Source: Macrostomum lignano
Taxonomy: Eukaryota
Assembly: GCA_002269645.1 (NCBI GenBank)
Contig: NIVC01003469.1
Location: forward strand, 32,377-96,376
Direction: 5' to 3'
Length of the DNA stretch: 64,000 bases
A program made the position numbers and the translations under genes. Shown piece by piece: positions 54,430 through 64,000 of the stretch. Within the stretch, counting starts at the first letter, position 1; each line of letters begins with the position of its first letter. Below the pieces are notes generated by a model. That model did no database searches, was not told the DNA's origin, and was given only the letters and a program-made list of their open reading frames with translations.

Positions 54430-57400
54430 TCAAGGCAGAACCCCGCAGCCGCCGGCTCCAGTCGAGCCGCTCGCCAGGCCAACCAGAGGCGTCGCGGCGC
54501 TGGACTCTCCAGGAGGAGCCGATAGCGTCGCCGAGGACGCAGTCGAGCCCAGCGCTTGTCTCAGCCTTGTCAGAGACCACTGCCGACCCGGCGACCGCCT
54601 TCTCTGCTGCTGCTGCCGCCGCGAATGGCCCGACGTAGCCAACGATGCTGACAAAGCCGTTGACCTCGCCAAAGTTCTGGCCGCCGTCAATAGTCTGGCG
54701 TGGTACTCAATCACCTCGTAGATGAACTGAAGATCGGCCTTAATTTGAGAGATAAGTGACGTTATTTAGCTAGATTTTTTTACTTATACGTGTACTGTAT
54801 GTTGTTAAATCAATCCTTCAGAGATACTAAGACCTCTAGGTGCTCTTTAAAGCTTGTAGTTAATATGTAATACGTATAATACGTACTTACGTAAAAGTTA
54901 CCTAGCCGAAATGGAGATGCGCCGTAATTGTTAGAAAGATGCTATTGAGACGTTACTTTGATATTACTTAACTAGATTTTACTTATGAGAGGATGTTACA
55001 TCTTGTCAGTTGGTAGCACCTCAAATAACAAATATTATGTGAGTTTTCGAGACGCCTACCTGTGAGTAAAAGATTCCAGGTCTCAAGCTGTGGTAGATTT
55101 TAAACAACGAGTAAGCATCGACGCAGTCCTCGTGCAGCAGCTGGTGATGAAGAGTGCAAAGACAGCAGAATATGCCGGCATAGCTGCCACCAAAACTGAA
55201 ATAATTATTGGCATATCAGTACTCAAATACGGTGCTTATATAAAAACTGAGTCTAGGCTGACCGATAAGACTCACCCGTCAACTACAATAATTGGCGAAT
55301 TTTTACCACCGGCCGGGTTCGAGGCGCAGGAAGTCTCGCCTTCAACGGCTGTCACCAGCTGCATGAGTTCGCGCGACTCGCCCAGCGTCTGCGGCCATCG
55401 TCGCAGAGTCCAGACGGCCGTGGCGAGACTGCAGTCGTCTCGGGGCGTTGATAGCTGGAGTTCCTGACGCACAGCAAACGAAAACTCTTCTCGATGGCTT
55501 TGAAAGCGAGGGTGAAAATTTTCCACTTTAAACGACATTGTCACGCAACTGTCGACAGGCATTGCTGCCCGTTCCGCCGACTCCCCTGAGCAGGCACCAA
55601 GCGCAAGGATACGTACGCAGTCATACGCACAGGCACACACTCACACAGGAGTTTACAGCGGCCCTGACTGTATTTATCGCTATAGCTAGGCATGCACACC
55701 TCACTGTTGGCCCTCGAGGGTGTCAATTGCAGGAGCCAAGCCGAAATTCCAATTTAGCCACAAATTAATGTGACTGCACTTGGAATCGAGCCTGGGCCGC
55801 TGGCACATCAGATTAACGCGTTGGTCCGTCTCCAACATATGGCTTCATAAAAAGCTAAAATGCATAGGGCATTCCGTAAATCTACAGAATTGCGAAGTTA
55901 ATCAAAGAACGAAGCGCTTATTTGTGCTGCTAAATTGACTTCAGCCTAAGTGTGATCTCAAGCTATATCGGCCCTTCGGTGACATCATCTCCATAACCAG
56001 CTGACATCCAAGACATCCACTAAAAAACATGGTGTACATCGCGGTATATTCTGTGGGTTGGAATGCACCCAAACAATTCAGAAGCCCTTACCGAAGCTGC
56101 AACTGCAGGTGTTCAGAATTGTGTTCAGCCCAAGGACAGCAAGGTAGCGGATCCTCGGGCGGCTGGAGGCACACTATTGTCGCACAGTTTTGCTCCCAGA
56201 CCATTCGAAGAAAATCTCCAGTGGTATTGACTGTCGGGTGCTGAGTTACAATGAACTCACTGGCTGAATGATAACCCTAAAATAAATGCCAGAATTCACA
56301 TTGTATTCAAAGATTATTTGTTTAAAGTTAGGCTTGTTTGGTCATGAGATGCATAATGGAATTAGGTATAGCTAGCCTTGGAGATTCGTCTTGAGACTGC
56401 GTGAGAATCCTGGTCAACTAAAGCTGATAAAGTTGTGTTGATCAAGTGGATTAAGAATTAATCAAGTGGCAACGAAACCGGCCTTAGTGTCGCTCTGTAT
56501 TAGCTCACCTGCAAAATCGTTGCGTTGATGTAGTCGGACCCCTCAACCCCAGGCTCTGGCGTCAGTTTGACTCTGCCCTCCTCGGCCGGCAAGTAGGCCG
56601 GGGAGTCCCCAGAGTTCGGATCCGCCCGGTTTTTCTGTGCATTGCACGGCTTTAGTGCCGCCTCAAAGTCACCGTGGCTGGCTTCGTGAGCAACGCAAAG
56701 CTAAGTGAGAAAGATGGGCAGGTAAAAATAGACGTAAAAATCATTTTAGCTTCTCAGGACATCGGCATTTGATTGTGAAAATCAAGACAAAAAATCAAAG
56801 AATGTGAACTGCTCAGAGTCCCTTTAAAGAGAACAAAAATAGAGCACTCTGATTCCATTGCTATTTCCATTTTTCCGAATGACGCAAGCCACGCTTTCAA
56901 CCAAAGCCATTTGTTGCAGAGTAGCTCCTAAAAGTTAAACCTGATACCGATACACTTTGGCTCTTTGAAAGCAGGCCCGTCACGCGAGAGTCGCCCTGTC
57001 CGGAAAACTCATTGAGCAATGGTTATCAAAGAAAGTGAAGGTACGTGAATCTTCAATGCTTGTTTGTTGTCGTACACTGTACACGGTGTCATGTGGCGAT
57101 GGCTTCTTCGGGAATGACGAGCTTCCTCTCCTCGTCAATTTTCGCTCGAGTGCGCGGAACTTGGATTCAATTTCCTTTATAGCACCCGAACGCCATTTCC
57201 AATCATAGCCAACTTCGGCACGGCGAGTGCTAAAATTACAGTAAGACTAGAGATTCATACACAGTGAATTTCTGCCTAAAGATAAAGGATAAGTAGGCAA
57301 CAAGAAACTGATAGAATATGGTAACTACGCCCGTGCGTTGCCAATACAAAATTAAACTCACGAGTTCCAAAATTGAAAGTGGACTTATGAAGTCAATTTT

Positions 57401-60400
57401 CAGCGAATAGCATTGTCCAGTAAGTTCTACTGGAATCGTGAACTCACCTGGAACTGAGTTTCCAATCGGCTGCAACCGCACGGCTCTCTGTCGGCCAACG
57501 ATCGAACCCAGGACGTCAGCCGATGCCGTGAGATCCTCCGTTCGGGGCACAGCAGAAACTCCAGTAGAACGTCGTGCACCAAAGCGTACTGCTGCACTGT
57601 CTGCACCAGCCGCATTCGCTGCCGCCTGGCATGAGCCAGGAAGCTGCGCACGTCGACGGACCTATCGCCGAGCATTCTGCGCATCTGAGCGTCGACAGTG
57701 ATGAAGACACCCGTGCGACCTGTGCCAGCGCTGGGGGCAAGGGAGGTTGCCGGATGTTTTGGTAAATCGTATAATTCGCTATTTGTCTTGAAAATTTCGA
57801 ATAGGAAATGCTTCATAAATAAGAAGTACCGCGCTGGTACGCTTATTTTTTGACTTTGCTAATATCCTTAGTGAAATTTCATTCGAAATACTTTAGAAGC
57901 ATTCCATTTTCGTTGACTGAGAGCACCTCACTAGTTTTAATGCATCCAAGACTCAGCTGTGAGAACTACTGAAGTAAATGGATCAAAAAACAGCAAAAAG
58001 TTTTTTCCGTGCTAAGCTCGTTCACTTAAAAATATTTGTTGTTTACACGCTCTGTAAACTCTGTAAACAACCCTCGATTTCATGAGTTGCTAATCCGCTC
58101 AATTTTGACCGTAAGTCACTAAAGCTTCAGGTAATCATTGCTTAACTAGACTTTCCTCAGACGTCAAAACTTTTATCCTTTTAATCAATCTTTTTCTCCA
58201 AACTGACTCTACATTTTCAAAGTCGCCTAGTCTTTTGAGATGAAAACTAAGAATGAAAAACAAAAACAGCTGTGAATATCAGAATTATTCGCCGACGAAC
58301 TTCCTTCGGCGACTTAGTTTCCCCACAACCTGCACTGGGGCAGTTTTGCCCATTCTGCAGACACGCACTCACACACTCGCTCACACAGGGTGTACAGCAG
58401 TCCTGACTTTCTGATCGTCAGGCATGAACACTCTCTTGACCAGGGTTGACCCTCATGGCTGCCAATCGCACGATAAACCCATCTTCCCCTCGTGCTACAC
58501 ACAGATCGTTAAAAGCTTCACCTGCAGTGCACAACGATTGGCCCACCAGTGCAGCTGGCTGTTGAGTTCATTCTGTCTTCGTCGATGCCCCCAGCCAGTT
58601 GGACGAAGTTCAGCAGCGCCAGCGGCGACGCCGGGACGCCGCAGTCGGGCCATCGGCAGTACTGGAACTGCCTCACTCGGCGGCGACTGAGCGAGCTGTC
58701 GCTGCCGCTGCCTGTCCAGTGCAGCTCGAACAGGCGCACCTTGTGATCCCACCTGACTGCTTGTCCAATTAGCTCAACAGTCACCGGACCGTAGACCTGG
58801 CTGCTGCCGCCACTAGGCCAGTATTGATCGCATTTGCGCTGTTTCGTTGGATTTAAAGCAATTTGTAAAACGGTGAATTAGTTGACAGGTTAGCATTAAT
58901 ATGTTATGCCATAGCACAAAAAGACCCTGACGAAACAATATTGCTTCGGCTATGCAAAACATCTTCAGATCCTATGGAGTCATGCAAAGCACAAAAAGAT
59001 TTTATCCAGCGATGACCATACGAGCGCAGTAACTGCAATCTTCTTTTAAACTAGCTGTTCATATTTGTTGTTCGATCCCATCTCTCCATTATAATTAGGT
59101 TTTGAGAACAGGATCTCAAAGAAGAAACTCTGCCCTTAAGATTTAATCTTGAAAAGAGAGTTAATCTTGACAAGATTTAATCTTGTCAATGAACTAATAA
59201 TAACTCACCCGACCGGCCTCAACCAGGTTGCACAGCATCACAATGCTGCTCACTCGATTCTCCCAAACCATTAGCCAGAAGTCATCAAAAGTTGACTGCA
59301 GAGGGCTCTGACAGGCGATGTAGGCTCGCTCTTTTTAAATCCCTGCTCAAAGTTTAAAATGATGGTAATAGGTGTTAGCGTATGTGCTATCAGTATACTT
59401 GAGCAAAATAAATAAACTTTACTTACACTAATATAGCTGGCGTTAATGTAGTCGGCATTTTTCTTATTAGTTGAAGTTGACCGAAGTATGACCCGGTTGT
59501 GATCGTCTGAAGTAGCGGCAGTTATTACTTCTGATTGCGACTGAGAAAAGCAGCTTATACACAGGATTATCAATACGTAAGCAGATGGGGGGCTCGGTCA
59601 GGAGGTCACCAATCGCCCCCGCGAAAATTGCGCTACCCTCAAAAACTAAATGAAACTGGTAACCAAGCTAGACTCGACGAATGACAGGAGCACATCTGAT
59701 AGCAACTTTTTGGCTCCATTTTTATGTCTAGGAGATAACAACGAACGACAGGAGCGCCTACCAAGAGACAGGAGCGCCTACCAAGAGACACGAGCTCCTA
59801 CCAAGAGACACGAGCGCCTACCAAGAGACAGGAGGGACCATCAAGAGACAGGAGCGCCTACCAAGAGACATGAGCACCTACCAAGAGACAGGAGCGCCCA
59901 CCAAGAGACAGGAGGGACCATCAAGAGACAGGAGCGCCTACCAAGAGACATGAGCACCTACCAAGAAACAGGAGCGTCTACCAAAAGACAGGAGCGACCA
60001 CCAAGAGACAGGAGTGCCTACCAAGAGACATGAGCACCTACCAAGAAACAGGAGCGACCACCAAGAGACAGGAGTGCCTACCAAGAGACAGGAGTGCCTA
60101 CCAAGAGACAGGAGCGCCTACCAAGAGACACGAGCTCCTACCAAGAGACACGAGCGCCTACCAAGAGACACGAGCGCCTACCAAGAGACAGGAGGGACCA
60201 TCAAGAGACAGGAGCGCCTACCAAGAGACATGAGCACCTACCAAGAAACAGGAGCGTCTACCAAAAGACAGGAGCGACCACCAAGAGACACGAGCGCCTA
60301 CCAAGAGACAGGAGTGTCTACCAAGAGACAGGAGCGACCATCAAGAGACATTTGTATTGACGGTTAAGAAAGGCAACTTTTGACCAACTAAGAACTGTGT

Positions 60401-63400
60401 CCTGGTAAAAATTTTATAGCAACTAGTTTAAGGATGCCATTGAAAGTACAATCAATATCTTAGATCGACAAAGGACAACGTAAATAATCAAACTTACACG
60501 GGTAAACATCTGGGTGTCGATTTTTACTCAAATTTTCTGGATATTTCCAGCACGCAGCTACAAAAGCTTCGCGCGTCGTTTTCTCCTTGTCCTCGGACTC
60601 TGGTTTGCAATCTAATGCAGTCAACGAGATCGGCGGGTCCGAGCTTTGGAGCTCCTGGAACTCCGATTGAAAGCCGGAATCGTCGTTGGCGTGACAAGCG
60701 ATCACGTGATCCCGGAATTCGGCTATAGTCATGCCCGCCGGGTTACTCAGAAGAGCCGATGTTTGAGCAGGGTCGTGTGGATCTGAAAGGATTGCATGGC
60801 TTTGGGCTAAGCTAGATGCTTGCAACTTGTGAATTGATGCTGACAGAATTAGGTCAGCAAGCAAAGTATCGAAGAGAACTTTTATGTTAAAGTGCCATGC
60901 TTCCATGACGCAATGGATTAAAAAATCGCGACAAAATGTCTAAAGCTAAAAGAATTATCTACCATGAAAATTCTAAAAAAGACTCTAATATTGAGTTCTT
61001 ATGCAGGTCAAACATGCGTCCTAACCGGAATCTCCAATCTCCACTCCGCAGCCGCTTTTGGTTCCACCGCCGCCTATGCTGCTGCCAACGGCGCGCAGCC
61101 TTCGTCTGCGATAGCTGGCACTGCCGACGCCTCGGTTCCGACGCGTCGCCCTGCCGCAGAGCCACTGCCAGGCCAGCAGCACGGCCGCCACCAGTCCCAG
61201 CGCTGCAAACAGGCAGCCAACGCCGAGTCCAATGCTCACCGACGTCACTTGCCGGCGTCGCCGATCTCCTGTAGCTATCGCCGACTCGTCGCCGTTAGAG
61301 AATTCGTTGTTAAAGTCAGCCAGGCCGTCCCAAGTCGAACGGTCGATTAACAGATATGCAAGAGGCACAGAGACGCTGACGGTTTTTGCCTTGTGCCCGG
61401 GATACCTGCGGTCGCGGTCCCACTGGGACAATCCAACGCTTGTTACCACGACGTCCAGGCTGACATGCGCTGATGGATTCGAATGCTGCTGGATTGCAAT
61501 TCCGATTGATCTTGCCAGTGTTGTCCAGGGTATTAACTCCTGAGTTGATTGAGGCAGATTTAAGAAATTGTTTCAGTGGATGTTTTTTAAAGTTGAGTTC
61601 GACCGCCAGTGCTACTGAACTTTTATCCTTGTTATTAAAGAGATATCAAATTGCCTGTTATATGTAACTGCCCAAATTCTACGAACTGGTTGACTTCTAG
61701 CAGTGCGCAGATTGACAACCCCATTTTTCCGCATTTTTAGTCAATGGAATCTGATATAAAACGATAGCGTTTTATGTCACGTTTTATAACGATTGGCGAA
61801 GCGGAAAGAGAAGGAAGTCAATGCATGCAACTAGAGTAGTACGCTCGTAGGGAGGTTCCGCAAGCGTTGTTCATTTTCAACATAAGCTTGCCGAGGTTAA
61901 GCTGTCTCTATATCTGCTATGAAAAAAACATAGCTCCTAAATAGCAGACTGTTAGCTACTAAAGACAGTGCAGACTACAATTATACAAGCACAGGATGAG
62001 AGGGCTATCATTTTGTCAACTCGTGGGAGTCAGGTTTCAGTTGCTACCTGCTGCCATCCCTACAAGACAGTCTTGCGCCCCTTCCCCAGTTCTCAAACAG
62101 CCCAGCAGCAAGCCAAAGCTCCTGAATAGATGAACAAAGAGAAAAATGATATTTTTTCGCCTACAAAGCCTCAAAATCGCCCATCAGAAACAGCAGAAAA
62201 CAGCTGCCCTTGCAGAAGCTGAAAAAGTGCATTCCGCTACGGAATTTGACGTATAAAATTAGCCATGAAATGACGAAAGCCGTCAAAGTACTATTAGGCC
62301 CCAACCTTTATTGTACGAGAAATATTCTTTCTTCTATCATCTAAAGAGCATTCGATTCATTTAACCATGCCTTTTCCTGATCTTTTGCTTGAAAATTTAG
62401 ATATGCTCTAGATTAAATTGAGCCCGTGCAAAGTCAGAGTTGTTTTTATTAGCTGACGAATGGATCCAGTGAAACTGACCAAAAAGACTCGTGTGACATC
62501 AGTCTAGGGGGATCAAGGAAATACTATTTGAAATAGATCATCTTAGGCTAGCATAAAAACCTACACAGATGCGCGTGCTCAGGTATTTAGTCCTCGCCTC
62601 TGCTGATTCATTTGGGTAGACTGTTGCATTCGCGACCTGGGCCCTGGGCCTCCACGCCGCATTGACCCGGCATTGGCCCAGCTGACTCAGCACGAGGGTC
62701 TCCCTCGAACCACCTGGACGTCCTGCCAGCCGCAGACCTTGGGAGACTTTGCGTAGCCGCCATTCAACTCTGAACAGCAGCAGGTTGGGCGGATACGGTG
62801 TTTCTGAGCGGTCAACCGCGGGCGAACCGACGAAGAAGCCGCGACTGGCCCAGGAGACCAACAGGCCGGCTTCGTAGCTTCTCTCATCCACCCGGACATC
62901 TCGCGGCCGGCTTGGCCAGCTGGGCTCCGTGGCGATGTCTACTCGGTTAGACGCGCGCCCAGGGCCTCGGACGCGAGTGACAGCTGCTATGGTGATTGAG
63001 TATCGAGTGGCCGGCTTTAGTCCAGCGATGCAGTACCGAGTGAACTCGCTGGAAATGTTGATCAACCGGCGACTGTTGAAGGGGCCGGACAACGAGAGCT
63101 GGTAGCCGGTCAGGTGGCCCGGCACTCTGGCTAGACGAGACCAGGAGACGCTGACATTCGTGTCGAACAGGGCGTGCGTGTCCTGGGCCAGCGTGGGCGC
63201 TGGGGCTTCTGCATTGAAATGTAAAGTTTGAAATCTAAGTATCCTTTTAAAACATTGATCCCGCATCGATTCAAGATGCTAAGAACTACTGAATGCATCC
63301 AAACCCAGAACGTTCTAATCGAATTGAATGTTTTATTGGTTAGAAACCAAGATCGATTGTATCACTACATTTTGCAAAGTCTTCATAAAACACGCCAGAC

Positions 63401-64000
63401 TGCACATGACGTATGTTTTCTAAATTTTCTGCACCGAAAACCACTTTATGGGGTCGTGAGATCGAAATTTCACAAGTTCAAAAAGGCTTGCATTCTAGTC
63501 TGCACTTCTGCTGAATCGAAAATTTCGAGCTTGTGAAGCTTTTCTCCGGTGAAAGTAACAATGTGAATTTTTTATTATGCAAATTTTGATTTTCTGAAAG
63601 TGACCCCACTTTAGGCACTGCATCCAGGTTCAGAGAAAAACTACAGATAAGACTCCTCACCGCCCTCCAGTGTTTCAAAAGTCAGTAGAAGCTCCGGCCC
63701 AGCGTATCTCCAGTTGTGCACGGTGCATCGCACACTGTAGCCGCTAAAAGCTTCGAGATCATCGAGCATCAGATCAACGTCCTGGCTGGCAGTGGTTCGG
63801 CTGCGAAACTGCCTAGCAACCAGTGTCTTCTCAGTCCACTGATCCTCCATGCCTGCGTGCGATTCGAGGTGGCGCGTCCGACGCCATCGCACCCGGACCT
63901 CGCGCAGTCTGCCGCCCAGAGACGGATGCCCGGCCGGTGCAACGCTCAATCGAAGCTTGGCGCTGGTGGCTTGGACGTTGGTGACGGTAGCGGACAGGGC
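54430..64000 (-). CDS. Receptor protein tyrosine phosphatase (FN3-TM-D1-D2, Ptp99A-like), multi-exon, 5' part beyond window end
   Basis: FN3 exons (63661-64000, ~62560-63208); [24 protein letters not shown] (~61200); D1 motifs [38 protein letters not shown]-loop QTVQQY; degenerate D2 [26 protein letters not shown]. Confidence 0.9.
59750..60350. repeat. 20-bp minisatellite CCAAGAGACAGGAGCGCCTA, about 30 units, in a PTP intron
   Basis: Direct reading. Confidence 0.93.

Noticed and set aside
58921-58955. Second hammerhead (AAGACCCTGACGAAAC)
   Set aside because: No stem II between the CUGANGA and GAAA motifs
59650-60367. ORFs with [13 protein letters not shown] repeats
   Set aside because: Translations of the 20-bp minisatellite on the strand opposite the PTP gene

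Overview
Animal (invertebrate) nuclear DNA; a free-living flatworm such as Macrostomum is plausible but unproven. Host genes: an intronless DEG/ENaC channel, a partial secreted fibrinogen-domain gene, a 734-aa orphan, a tandem cluster of small secreted Pro/Lys/Arg-rich peptide genes and a multi-exon Ptp99A-like receptor phosphatase. The window also holds many TEs and minisatellites. The centrepiece is a complete 15,961-bp Polinton/Maverick (adintovirus-type) endogenous virus (23324-39284; 333-bp TIRs, 6-bp TSD ATCATC) with pPolB, MCP, penton, packaging ATPase, protease, fibre and integrase. Its PLA2X-integrase gene is interrupted by a 302-nt subgroup IC1 group I intron (36937-37238). I could pair P1-P10 by hand, including P5abc. 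The intron ends in A instead of the near-universal omega-G and sits next to a free-standing HNH/EndoVII-like nuclease gene, an arrangement reminiscent of phage collaborative homing. The element also has nested palindromes in both TIRs, recurrent cGNAg mini-hairpins at gene junctions, and a Penelope fragment with a minimal hammerhead motif. All calls come from manual reading; no searches or folding programs were run.
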